Assembly (NCBI RefSeq): GCF_963853765.1
Contig: NC_088862.1
Span: forward strand, 3,224,001 to 3,288,000
Reading direction: 5' to 3'
DNA from: Magallana gigas
Lineage: Eukaryota
Length of the DNA stretch: 64,000 nt
Position 1 is the first letter of the stretch, and the number at the start of each line of letters is the position of its first letter. Position numbers and translations under genes: made by a program. Below are positions 51,201 through 64,000 of the stretch, piece by piece. Under the pieces are notes generated by a model. That model saw only the letters and a list, made by a program, of their open reading frames with translations. It did not search any database and was not told the DNA's origin.

Positions 51201-54200
51201 TTTTGTCTGTGTTTTATATCAGATATACACTCTGTGATTGATTGATGTCAAATGATGTCATGTGTTAAGAGAGCTCGATAGTCGTGGTCTGTTTTGACCT
51301 CCTTTAGAAGAAGAGCTCTTTATAAAAATATAGGGAACTTCTCACATTTAAAAGCTAAAATTTATAGCCGAACAAAACATGTCTAAAAATTTAAGGTATA
51401 TCTGAGTGGTAATTTTGTTGACCATCCAGCCTCCTCAATATTAAATGTCGATTGAATTTTTTTTAATCTTGTTAATTCATGTACATGGCAGCAAGAGCCT
51501 TTCTAGGTAAATTTCTTCATATAAATTAAAACATTATCAGCATTTATTTCGGCAGAATGTCTTTGAGCTCATGTGAAGAGTCTTCAGGTTTTAATATAAA
51601 TGTTCAACCTCTCTCTTATTTATTACTTATGTAAGTGACGCTCCTTTCGCGGTTTTCAGTTTTCAATATAAATGCCCGACTTCCCTATAAATTGACGCTC
51701 ATTTCGCTATAGACCTCATATCTGGCATCTAGATATGTTGATTTATCGCTATTTTATGTGAAGAAAGTTGACGTAACTGACATACATTGATTAAATATGT
51801 CGGTTATGCTGCCTTCTTTCATCCTGGTATGTATCGCTCGAGCATTATGATCAATAGCTATCTACATGCTGAATGAATGTCTATAGACGACTTAAAAGGA
51901 AATTAATTAATTTTTCCATATCCTGCAAGCTTTCAAATGTTAGACTTTATTGATTATTGCCATTAACTGATAGCGTTAAATGTGCAGCTTTTATGGGGTT
52001 GCCGACAAAGTGGGGATAAATTTAATAGAACAAGTTAAAGAGACGCTTGCGTACCAAAGGGTACACCAATCCCCGCCTATAAAAGATTTGGCTGTATACA
52101 TGTATATCTTGGATTAGTTATTGAATTCCATGTGTCAGGTTTCTGTTTCATGTTACCTACTTCTTACGTACGTCGCTTATAACTATGTCAATATTTCTAA
52201 AACATCATTATATATCAAAGATCACCTAATAAAAACACAATCAGACGTACTCATATCAGAGACTGAGAAAGGTGAATCATCAATACATAGTTTCGGACAT
52301 TATTTTCGTACAGGTACATAGACTGATGTAATCTATGTCGTAAAAGTACGCTACATATTTCCAAGATGGCAAGCCAAGCTCTTATTTATAAACAAGTCAC
52401 CCTTATACAAAATGTAGTGAACAAAAACATGTTGACTAAAAATCCTGAACAATATCTGTGGTTCTGTCTTACTTGTCAAAATATCCGGGTAAACTCCATT
52501 CAGTCTTTCAAACCGGTGGAAAATAATATTTTGCAGAAAGTAATTTGTTTTTGTTTGGTACACTTTGTACTTTTGATAATGTGTCCGTGGTTTTCCTTCT
52601 TTTCTTTTTTTTAACTAAATTGATCAAAATTGAAAAAGTTACACAACAATAAAAAAAGGCAAACTATTTTAAATGATCTATATGCAAGCGCGTGTTTTTA
52701 ATCATTTTAAGAACTTTGAATTTGATATAACAAACAAATTCCCGATGGTACTTGCAAGCAATGTGTGTGCGAATTCTTCTCCAATGGCTTGCGCCGATTG
52801 CAGTAAGAAAATTGTGAGAATAGGGGGAGGAGAGAGTCGTGTTGACACAATTCACCCCCCAGGGGGGCATCTCAAAGGGAGATAATACTGTAATCACGAT
52901 GGTTTTCTCTATTTTGAATAGTAGCAAGTCGACATTTCTAAATATTCCCATCATGCCTTAATATATTTTTTTCTTTAAAATCATTCTATTGACTGTGAGC
53001 AAATATTGGATGTTCTTTAGGGATTAAATAGCGTTAATAACCTGTTGCTTCATTGTGTACATGAAATTAGTTTTTTTTTAAAAGATAAAAATGTATTGTA
53101 ATCTATTGGTACGCTGGGAGACTTGCACGAATGTACGGAACTCTTTCTCATTCTCTTGTGAAAAAAATGTTTTCAAGTATAGATAAATGTAGAACGTTCC
53201 ACATTTTGAATTAAAGAAACGGAGAGTATTGTCCATTTTGAATGATGAATTCACGGATTCTAAAGCTAGATGACATATATTTTTCTCTCGAGCACTTGAA
53301 ACTCAAAACTAAACAAATTAAGTCTCTTAAGAACATATATAGCTCAAAAGGAAACGATAAAACAGCAATAGAAATTCCGGAGTTATAAAACTTGCATTAG
53401 ATTTTCACTTCTTTTAAAGGTGGAAAATGATTTGAAAGAGTTGTTTACATTGTGTAATTGATCAGTATTTATGAGGAAGATAATAAATTGTATGGCTCTA
53501 TCAGCTCAAGAGTAATAGTTTTTGTGATTGCGTCTTAAAAGAGGCCTTTTAGAAATATTTAAATATTGTGCGACTTCTTTTTAATTGGTAAACACATGGA
53601 AAAGACAATTATTCGCATGACTTGAGATAAGCAGAAAGGGAAAGATATATCAAAAGCATCACGCTAGAATTCAAATCATGCTTTAACTGAGCTCGAAATA
53701 TATACACACGCTGAAAAAGAACGGATTTTAGTGACTATAAAATTCTGGCATTTCACCAGTTGTTTGATTTCGCCAGTCAGACAAGATGAGTGTTTTGGGG
53801 GAGAAATCCTCGTCTTTAACCAATTCTGGATCTTTACCTAAAATTGTTATTTCAAGGTAACATTTAATTTTCTTCCTCGAATATTTCGATTTGTATATAT
53901 AGGTAAAGTTAATAAAATATATATTTATACAGCTGTATTTATTACGATTAATATATGTACTTGTGCACTCGCTAAGTTAAACCGGGTTAAATTTTCATGA
54001 GTTTTTTTCTGATTAAATTTTACGCTTGCGACTTTCAAAAATTAAAGATTTGATTGTAACACATTAAGATTTATATCGCATTGTTATGTTTTTGTTTGAG
54101 ATCATATTGCGACAATAAATGCCTGTCGCATGCTTAATAGTTTTGATAAATTAATAGTTTTTTTTTTTAATTTTGATTGACTCAACCATGGATATAATTG

Positions 54201-56505
54201 GTGAAAATCGATCAAAACACTAGTACAACACATTTTTGATAATTCCCTTTGCATTTAAATGTTGACATATCATATAGAGGTAATGATGTGCACACTCACC
54301 GTTTGCTGGTTGATGGCAGTTGGACAAGATATTTGTTTCGATTCGAAAACTTTTTTTTCTATTACATGTAACTTCTATTGCATTTTCAACTAACTAGGAC
54401 GAAAATCTGTGTTTATCCACACTTTCCATTTTAATTGTTTTTATTGACTTGGCAGTTGCATTGCTTTTGCGTAGATTGCACCGATATCTACCTTTCGACC
54501 GAAACTGTTAAATTTCCATGTTAACTTAGATGGTATACACGATTAATATTATTGCTGTGCTTAATGTCTGCATTTAATTAAAATGTAATGGATTTCTCTA
54601 TTTTGTTACAGAGCCTCCGGAGGTAACCCGTTTGATCCGCATGCTCACAGTCAATATGCAGGAGAAAAACTTCAGGTCGGTCTAACTGTCTATTCATCTG
54701 TCAATCTAGCTGTCTGTCTGTCTTTCCATCTGTCAAACAAATAAACTTTTTTCAGAAAATATCATTTTATATTATTTTTAAAGTGATATACATAGGATTT
54801 TTTTCTGTCTTTATCACAGGTTCGTTTGGTCACACTTGATGAAAAATATAGGAGCCATTTATTGCACCAACAAATCAAAGCCTTCGAGGAGAAGGTATAC
54901 ACGTCCTCGGACAATTTCAATGTTGACATGATGCTCAAAATGTTTCGAGAACTGGCCAGGAGATGTAAAGGAGCACGCGATATCTACACAATAGGAGGAA
55001 TTCGACAGGCCATCAACCAGGAAATTCGAAAACTGCGCATGCGCAAAAGAAACAAGCGACTTCCGGTCTCCGAAGATATTGGAAACGAAGCCGACGAGAT
55101 GATGGAATATTTTAATTGGTTTTTCAAAAATTTGTCTTACTTAAGGGAACTGAGAAACAACTTCGTAAGCCGCATTTTTAACCCCCTGTTCAAATATTTT
55201 TATAATGTTTCACACAATGCTCCCGATCGTGAGCGTTCTACTGACTCGGCCATGTCCATGTCAAACTTGAGCGTGGCTTCCCATCGTTCCATCGACAGTG
55301 GCATTACGGGTATATCCGGTTGGAGTTCATTTCGCTTCTCGGACACAGAAAGTCAAGCCTCTGGGGATGACGATATCCATGCCGCCAGAAAACACATGAT
55401 TTCAAAAGCCGCCCTGCAACTGTTAGGTCGAGAATTACGTGACGTCAGGTCACTATATGACACAGCAGAGCTAGAAAAAACTGCCCAAAGACTGGCCTTG
55501 GTAAAAGAACAGCTGGATTACCTCATCGACAACGAAGACAACATAAACCACGCTCTTTTCAGCCAAGACAGCGAGCGAGTGGTCAGTCATCTGAAGGTCA
55601 AGAATTCCCGGACCTACTTCCTGATGCGGCTTATCCCAGACATTCTGGTCAAGTGCCAGATCTGCGCTTGGTTGGCGAGAAAGTGGCTGGAGATTGACGA
55701 CAAGAAAACGAAGGACCTTAAAGAGAGGCTGACCAAACTTGTGTCTCTTGAGGATCAGCTGTCTAGGAGGTTAAAAATGCTCTCTGTCGACATCCAGAAA
55801 CACGAGAAAAAGCTGGAGAAAGAAACTAATGAGTTACAGAAGCTCTTAAAACGCGAAGAAAGGACTAACGAACTCGAAATGACACTGCATGGATACCAGA
55901 ATAGGGAGAGGGACCTCAAAGAGTACATGCAGAAACTAGAAAACGAAAAGCAGGAACTCACCAATAAGTTAAACAACGCGATAAAAGAAAAGAGGACGGG
56001 GGAATATAAATCCCTTCAGACCATGCTAGAGAGAAATAAACTGCAGATCTATGCTATGGAGCGTCAAATGGGTACCCTGAACTTCCACAAGAGTATCGTA
56101 GACAATGACATGCAAGTGGAGCTAGAGGTGAAAGCAAACATCATTCATTTCACGAATGACGTACAAGACCAATGTGAGGAACTCGAGAAAATGCTTGAAA
56201 ATGAGAAAAAGGAGAAAAGGACCATTCAAGCCGCACTTATCCCTATTGCGCATGATACAGAGGAAATTCGGGATCGCCTACGCGAGAAAGCATACCCGGT
56301 TGAGGACAACGAAGGTATCGTGGCTCAGTACATAGGCAGTAGTCGGATCCCTCTGTCTACACTGAGTGTCAAGGAAATCAAGCGACGGTTCACGGCCGAT
56401 AACCCTAACCCCAAACATGTCCCAGTGTTCGAGAGCCCGCGGAAGGTTAATATCTTCAAAACAGAAATTCAACCGTATCCCGAAACCCCTGAGTACGACT
56501 GGTAG
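48284..56505 (+). CDS. Uncharacterised long coiled-coil protein (about 600 aa), spliced, two candidate first coding exons
   Basis: Main exon 54820-56505 (ORF track 559 aa, heptad-rich C-half). Exon 54612-54675 joins it in frame. It can be preceded in phase 2 by either 48284-48324 (MAHPGYLQTFRRLR) or 53786-53856 (MSVLGEKSSSLTNSGSLPKIVISR). Confidence 0.8.
50255..51240 (+). repeat. 33-bp minisatellite (ATGTCAGATATCGGCTCTATTTGTCTGTGTTTT)
   Basis: About 30 units with point variants. It generates the overlapping low-complexity ORFs in the track. Confidence 0.9.
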
Positions 56506-57423
56506 TAAATCCTAGCTCCTTTTGTAAAAAAATATTTTCATTGTTTGACTGTGATATCAAATTTTTGGCGGAGAGGAGATAACAGCGATCAGTTTTAAGG
56601 CCATCTAAAACGAACTCTTTCCAGTCACGTCATTTTTAGACTGCAAAATACAGAGAAAATTCGCGCTATCTGACCCATTCGAACATATGTGCATATATAT
56701 CGTTCAGAACAGATTAATTTATTGTTTTAATAGTGAATATCTATAATCTTTTAGAATCTCATTTTTCCATGTACGATTCATGTCACCTTATTTGTTTATA
56801 TCCAAAGCCGCAAGTTTTTATTTATTGGCTTTTCTGGAAAAAGTATATGTATATTTAACGTCAGAAATAAACCATTAAATGTATCTGAATGTTTAGATAT
56901 ACTATAACTGTTGTATCAGATAGTTAATCTTTAATAAAACTGTTAAAACGTTCAAGGTTATCTCTTGTTGTGGTTTCAATGTTCAAGACTGAATCCACTG
57001 TCTATCATGTAAAAGCCAATACACTTCGACAAAAGGAGAGTCACCAATTCATTACCTCACAGACAAGACATAGATAGTAAACACAAAACCAAATGTTTAA
57101 TAAAACCAGAAAAAAACTTTGAACAACCAAAAGTAAATACAGTGTAAATATACTCGCTGGTTGCAATATATGATTGACACTTAAAAATCAAATTATAAAT
57201 ACTAAAATCAATCAAAATTTCTACATGGTTAATTGCAAAACAACATTTCGGAATTTAAAAAAATGATTATTAGATATTTGTGCTATCATAAAAATTAACA
57301 AGGTGTTTATCAAAGTCTTTAAAAGTTCGAACATAAAATGACAGTTGCTATGGGATGCTCCTTCTTAGCTTTAAGCTTTTGTTCGGTTACACCCCTTTAT
57401 CAGCCTGTAGTTTTTGTCGTCTT

Positions 57424-58587
57424 TTATGGTTCTGTTTGCTCTTCAGGCATTTCGCTTGGATCACCCTCTTGTAAACACTAAAATAAAGCCCTTCTTCAGA
57501 GTTAAATGTATTGAATTAAAAATAGAATAATTTTAAGTAATTTCACTCAGCATGTAAATAAAACGAATGATTTTTAAACATCTAATTACCAATGCTGTTG
57601 ATGTCAATTAGTTTTCATTTCTGAACACAATTCAGCGATGAAAACTTATGTATACAACATATAGGTAATACAAATAAAAATAAATTTACCATGGCGACCC
57701 AAACAACGACCCATAACGGAAAAATAATAGTTAACAACAGGTGAACCTTGTAGTTTTCTGTAAACGTTTCGGAATCTCTGAAACAAATGCCAAATAAGAA
57801 TTAGGTATTCAAGCACATTGTTTATATACAATATTTTGTAATAATTGGCATTGAAAATAATATATGATACGATAACTTTTTATTATCTTACAAATCTCGT
57901 CCTTTTCTAATGGCTTTCAAGCGATATTCCAAACATCGCATAGGCTTGAAATAATTCTTTTCCAAATATGATGTATCGTAATACATGATCTTCTTCACTT
58001 GGCGTTTTTCCCCTCTCACGATTATTTCGTTCTGAATGGCCAGTGACTTTTCAACTTCTTCCATTTTGAAAAATCTATTGGTGAGATTTCCACACTTTTG
58101 TGCATTTGCAAATATGCATTTGTTGTTAAACAAACTGGGACGCAGAACATCACAGAGAATTAAAATTTCATCACATTGTTTTACAGTTAATGCGCGGTGA
58201 TTTTTGTATTCAAGTAGACACTCAATATTTGAAATTGACTGTTCGTTTAAAATTTCCATACACAATGTGTAAAAATCGCCAAACACGCAATTAAATACAG
58301 TCAAGATAAAACATTAGTTTAGCACGTGGATCCTCGTCAATGGTGGCTCTTGTTGTTGTATCTTTTTCTGTTGCGGTTGTATGTATTGCCACCACATTCC
58401 CACCGCTAGCCGCCGCAGCGGTGCTCCTGGTGCCCGACCCACCGGGAACAGCTATAGCAGTACTTGTTGTGGCGGCCACATCTGTTTTGTTAGCAGCTGC
58501 TGAGTGGCTTTGTTGCACACTTCCTCCACCTTGAAAAGGAGCCACAATGGAAGATACCGTAGTCACTGGCTGGTGGGAGTCAGACAT
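57424..58587 (-). pseudogene. Copy A of 3-exon membrane-anchored protein gene; single-base frameshift (or assembly error)
   Basis: Exons 58587-57892, 57777-57690 and 57477-57424, matching copy B. One extra T near 58293-58295 (TGT ATT TAA vs expected TGT ATT AAT TGC) splits the two ORFs of the track. Confidence 0.75.
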
Positions 58588-59468
58588 TTTAGGATTGAGA
58601 GTTAATAAACGCTCAGAACGGTTTCAGAAGAATAAAAACGGAAACTTAACAGCTAATCAGGAAAGCGGAAGACTTCTGTTCCAAGAAAGCACTTAATTGC
58701 ACCTACTAACATATTGTTGGTAAAAGATTTAAAAGGACACGGTCACAGAATAGCTATTAATAAATTATCCAATAATATTTACATGTACATCGTCTTTAAA
58801 AAACAGCAGCTACTTTTTCTATCTTAGGGAAGAAAGTTTTGCAAAACCTATTATTTTTATGTTGATGTTAATAGGGACTATTTTCGCCAATGTTAAAATT
58901 GTGCCCTTGACTGATTTGAGGAAACCTAAGGTGCTTCACCGTAGATTCTGGCATTTGGTTACCTTGATTTCTATTATATAAACTACATTGTATGAGGGGT
59001 CGTCGAAGATTCTTCAGCCGTTTTTGCTGTTGATATACTTTTAAAAAATAGTTTAGCCAAATTTTTTATGTCTTCAAAATGTCGTCTAGGAAGTGAACGA
59101 TAGGTGCAATAATCGTGTTTTAAGGATTATGGGTAATTATTAGGTAATTTACAAATATACAAAAAAAAAAACAACACATGTAGTAAAGACAAATTCAGAA
59201 AATATTATTGTATTTAGAAGTTTTCTTGACTCCAAAATGTATCAATGAATGCTAATATTACATTAGTTGCATTAAAAACAAGTTATCAGAAATAACCAAT
59301 TGAGATATCGATAGGCTGAAAGAGTTAACACATAGAAATGAGATAATTTTTAATTTATTGTGTGCGCCTTACAACCCCTATCATACACAAAAGCGGGGAA
59401 AAATGCATATGCCATCTTTGTACAACATATGCAGGTGACCATATTTCTGATTTTTAAGATTTGTTTTC

Positions 59469-59472
<4 letters not shown>

Positions 59473-59552
<80 letters not shown>
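59473..59552 (+). repeat. (AG)n microsatellite, about 40 units
   Basis: Direct reading of the sequence. Confidence 0.95.
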
Positions 59553-59554
<2 letters not shown>

Positions 59555-60162
59555 AGAGAGAGAGCAAATAATTTCTTTATACAATTTATAAGGAGGTTTA
59601 TTTTATCAATTAATAATTATCTGGTGACATTCTTGACGTGTATACCATGTTTAACATTACGTCTATATAATTTTATTCCTTTTGTTGTTTGTATATCGTG
59701 TATTAATTGAACACTCGCACCTGGACAGAAAAAAATTCTGAACACAACTAAGCAATTAATTAAAACGTAGAATTAGATTTATACACAGTGTAAATATGTG
59801 TGTATATGTTATACTGATAGGCATTTATTTGATTACCTCTATTAAAATTATTTACAGAATTACTGAAAGAACTTGATAAGCAGACAAAGTAATGAAAATA
59901 TCTCCAAAAACAAATCAAAATTGATAGAATATTACTTTATTGCTAACACGTAAAAATGCATTCAAACACTCTGATTGGATTAAGCTCTGATCATTTTCAC
60001 AACGATGAACAGTCTATGAAATGTGAATAGTAGATTCGTTGCTAGCATCAGCATTGAAACGGTGTTCATAAAGTCTATCAAAATGTCAATATAAAGAAGT
60101 GCTTTTGGCTGTCCAAACATTAAGTATCCCCCCCCCCGGTCAGCTGTTTGGTTTGTGTTTTT

Positions 60163-61343
60163 TTATGGTTCTGTTTGCTCTTCATTCATGTTGCTTTGAT
60201 CGCCCTCGTGAAAACACTAACAAAAAATTAAAATATAATACATCAGAGATAAATGCATTAAATGTATTGACTTAGTTTAGTTATTAACTCAGTATGGAAA
60301 GAATATAGATGTTTTATACATATATGTTTATCATTGCTGCTGGTTCCCCTAATTTCGGTATTTTTTTCTTCATTTCTTAAAACAACAATCAACAGTGAAA
60401 TTCGATACTTATAAATAAAACAAAAAGTCAACCAAAATAAAAATACATTACCATGGCGACCCAAACCACGACCCAAAACGGAAATATAAGAGTCAACAGG
60501 AGATGGACCTTGTAGTTTTCAGTGAAAGTTTCGTAATCCCTGAAACAAAATTTTTTAAAAAATGCATTTTGTTGTGAAAATGTATATATCATTTTTGCAA
60601 CGAGATAAGGTTAACTTACTAAATACAAGATATTTACGATTTTCTTACAAATGTTTCCCTTTTCTGATGACTCTCAAGCGATGTTCCAGAAGTCTCATAG
60701 GCTCGAAATAATTTTCTTCTAAATACGATGTATCGTAATACATTATCTTCTTCACGTGACGTTTCTCTCCCTTTACGATTATCTCGTTCTGAATGGCCAC
60801 TGATTTTTCAACCTCCTCTACTTTATAAAATTCGTTTGTGAGATTTCCACACATTTTTGCATCTCCAAACATGCACTTATTGTTAAACAAATCTGGTCGC
60901 AGAATATCGCAAAGAATCAGCACTTTATCACATTGTTTTACAGTTAAAGCACCGAAATCATGGTACTTGAGCAGACATTCAATGTTGGATAGCGTGTTTT
61001 CTTTTAAGATTTCCTTGCACATTGTGTAAAAATCATCAAATACGATCGATATGCAGTTAAGATAAAACATTAGCCTGGCACGTGGATCCTTGCTTACTTT
61101 TACTGATCTCCCCGTTGCTTGCACGGTGGATGTTGTTTCTAACGTTACCAAATTGTCACCGCTAGCAGCTGCAGCAATGTTTCTGGTGCCTGCACCCCTG
61201 GGAACAGATATAGCGGTACTGGTGCTGGCGGCAACATTTATATCGCTCAGAGAGGCGGAATAACTCTGATGCACAAAACCCCTGTCTGACAGAGCAGTGA
61301 CAGAAGCTGATATAGATTGTACCTGCTGCTCTGAGTGAGCCAT
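60163..61343 (-). CDS. Copy B: uncharacterised about 278-aa protein with Ala/Ser/Thr-rich N-terminus, Cys-containing globular domain and C-terminal transmembrane segment
   Basis: Exons 61343-60649, 60539-60452 and 60216-60163, all GT-AG and in phase. The ORF-track stop lies in the donor TT|GTAAGA. Exons 2-3 encode DYETFTENYKVHLLLTLIFPFWVVVWVAM|CFHEGDQSNMNEEQTEP*. Confidence 0.85.
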
Positions 61344-63200
61344 AATTGTGTACTAAGACTTATAAAGGAGAATACGTCCGCAATTAGACGATATAAATTT
61401 TTAGGCAACTTTATCTATGGCGGCCGTTGGACGTTCGTTCCGAGAAATCACTTATCGCGAGAAGTTTGATAACCCTTTAAAGGACTCTAGCAGTTTTAAC
61501 AGTGCATTGCTCACCTCACATCAAATTGATGTCCTTTTTATCAAAACTTTATACGGAGAATGTAAACAAGATTAACATAATTTTATATATTTATATCTAT
61601 TTACCATACAGTTAACAGTCTGTGTCCCATATCTTCTGATCTTCTTCTTGATTACATTTTTTAAACGGATTAAATAAAAGACAATCTGCTTATTAAAATA
61701 ACGATTTGTTTAAAGATAGCACTAAACAACTTACAAATTCATAACATTTGACAGTAATCATCGTAAAATTGCGTCCACTATGCATCGAACCTCAAAGTTA
61801 AGGCTTTCAGTTTTCCATATTTGTATATGAAATACATATACATAACTATACTGTTTAGATATTTGATATCACTGAGCTATCGTATCAATTATATAATAAA
61901 ATTGAACAATAATGAATCTTTTGGGGGAAAATGCGTTGAGCATTTCAACACGTTGACGTTAAATGTAAATCAGAGATTTAGGAAAAAGATATTAGGTTGT
62001 TGCAAATATTAACTGATCCAGAGAATTTTCATGGAGAAAGGGAACCAAATTTCAATATTTAATGTTGAAAAATGAACTCCAGTTTTTCAACACGGGTCAA
62101 TATCTTTTGTTGTAGCATCTCTACTGAATGGTCTAAAATATTTTTATACCTGCATCAAAAGTTTTTTTTCCCGTATCTGTGTTTTCCTTTGTTTTGATCT
62201 AGCACTTAAAACTTCCAACTACAAACACTGTTAACAATACATGTAAAATAAGGTTCTGCTATTTAATTGAAAGCAACCAAAGTATATAAAGAACTATATA
62301 TGATAAGAGTTAAATTTGGCCCCCATAATTCATTTTTTAAGTGTTTCGGGTACAATAAAATGTTATGTTATAATTTAGAAGAGTTGATATAAAATATATT
62401 TTTCACATATTTGTTTGATTTATTTGCACTCACTTGCAGTATGTCAGAAGTCACGCTATTTCTATAATTCAATTAAAATCAGTCGAAATTGACATTTTCC
62501 TCATCTTTTTACGAATGGGAAATATAGAGCCCATGCTTGAACCAGGACAAATTTTTTGTCACTTATTAGTCATTTACACGAACAAAGAAAAATAAACTTG
62601 TATTATTTCACGAAACTGACGTGTCTTCTCAAGTTTTGTCTGCCACACATACTATCAACATTTTTTAAACTGTTGGCTATTCAAAAGTAACGAATGATTA
62701 AATATTAATACACTGTCTTGATAAGCTTACAATTCAAAATGAACGACGAAAACTTTTAGGCTGACTCGCACACATACATGTATATTATCGAATATGAGAA
62801 ATATAGACCGTGTAAGCACCATATTAGTACAACATTAGCCAAAGTCGCATATACATACTCTTCGTTGTTGATATGTCAACCCACTTTGTCCACCATTGCA
62901 ATATATTTTAATAGAGCGTTACTTAATGATGTAAATGAATTAATTTTCTATGTTAAAATAAGTTCATGAATATTATCAATACTGTTTCCATTGCCTAGTA
63001 AATCCCGCATTTCTATGAATTCAAAAGAAAATCACTTATTTCAGATTCATTGACGTTGCCCCTGTCTGCTCAATGGTCAAATAAAAGTAATTTATTATTA
63101 TTAACTTTGATTTTTTTTATCAACCGAAGACAACATACTGCCAAATATCTGAAGTAAAAATATTACACCAGTTTCTTTCAAATGGAAAATTAATATTTAC

Positions 63201-64000
63201 TCAAATATTTTGGAAAAGTTTTTGGATGCCATTATTTCCGTTTTGGTAAGCTATAGCGAGAGGAGATAATCCGTTTGTTGTTTTTAAGTTTCTATCTGCT
63301 CCATTATCAAGTAAAAGTTTTGCAATACTCTCGTGCCCATTTTTACAAGCTAGATAGAGAGGACTGGCATGGTCTGAAGAACGTAAAAAATTAACAGCCG
63401 CTCCATTATTTAGTAAAATGTTCACAGTGCTTTCACGCTTATTACGACACGCTGCATGGAGAGCAGTGGAATCATCGTCACAACGTAAATTGATATTTGC
63501 ACCTTTTTCCAGCAATAATTGCACGATGGTGTCGTGTCCATTTTGACTCGCTATACAAAGAGAACTGACTCCGTATTGGTCACAAGAATCAACGTACGCT
63601 CCTTTGTTTAGTAGAAGTTGTACAATTTTAAAGTCTCCGTTTTGACAAGCTGAGAAGAGAGGACCTATATTTTCATTGTTCCCTAAATTTGAATCTGCTC
63701 CATTATCTAGTAAAAAGATAACAATACTATAATGTCCTTTCTGGCAGGCTATATGGAGAGGAGTTGGTCCGCATTGCCCACCAAGGTTAATGTCTGCTCC
63801 ATTATTAACTAGAAGTTGTACAGTGCTCTCATGACCATTTTGACTCGCTCTATAGAGAGGACTCGTTGCGTTTATATTGAATGAATTAATAGAAGCTTTA
63901 TTATCTAATAAAAGTTGTACAATGCTATCATGTCCGTGTTCACAAGCAAAATGAAGTGGAGTATCTCCGTTTTTGGTACGTATCTTAATGTTTGCTCCAT
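63201..64000 (-). CDS. Ankyrin-repeat protein, 3' part (runs off window end)
   Basis: Frame open from 63998 to the TGA at 63201, with about 8 ankyrin repeats (GDTPLHFACEHGHDSIVQLLLDNKA, GPTPLHIACQKGHYSIVIFLLDNGA, DSTALHAACRNKRESTVNILLNNGA). Confidence 0.93.
   Translation of the reverse strand, partial: GANIKIRTKNGDTPLHFACEHGHDSIVQLLLDNKASINSFNINATSPLYRASQNGHESTVQLLVNNGADINLGGQCGPTPLHIACQKGHYSIVIFLLDNGADSNLGNNENIGPLFSACQNGDFKIVQLLLNKGAYVDSCDQYGVSSLCIASQNGHDTIVQLLLEKGANINLRCDDDSTALHAACRNKRESTVNILLNNGAAVNFLRSSDHASPLYLACKNGHESIAKLLLDNGADRNLKTTNGLSPLAIAYQNGNNGIQKLFQNI

Noticed and set aside
50250-51237. Overlapping ORFs of 60-162 aa (LCQISALFVCV repeats)
   Set aside because: By-products of the 33-bp minisatellite, open in several frames at once, with no credible start or splice signals.
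59381-59584. 67-aa ORF with SLSLSL run
   Set aside because: Translation of the (AG)n microsatellite.

Overview
AT-rich animal genomic DNA with GT-AG introns. The gene families and repeat landscape point to a bivalve, most likely an oyster (inference). No rRNA, tRNA or CRISPR found. 1-29.5 kb is a tandem cluster of three minus-strand RING-less TRIM-like genes (two B-boxes, coiled coil, NHL propeller) with intronless CDS. They share a YY1/ETS/E-box core promoter. Copies 1 and 2 each sit head-to-head with a decayed 5-exon 3' fragment of an unidentified gene. The spacers are packed with non-autonomous transposons: a LINE 3' end, a CMC/EnSpm-like element, a Helitron, a Helentron-like satellite carrier, TAYGG-ended IS3EU-like elements, a Kolobok-like element, TA-MITEs and long palindromes. 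One stretch is a four-level nest. 33-64 kb holds a plus-strand coiled-coil gene whose splice acceptor and donor are both tandemly amplified, a 5-exon DUF1295 (steroid 5-alpha-reductase-like) gene, a coiled-coil gene with two candidate first exons, a tandem pair of 3-exon genes with a C-terminal membrane anchor missed by the ORF track, and the 3' end of an ankyrin-repeat gene. All alignments, translations and counts were done by eye. Superfamily names rest on terminal signatures only.
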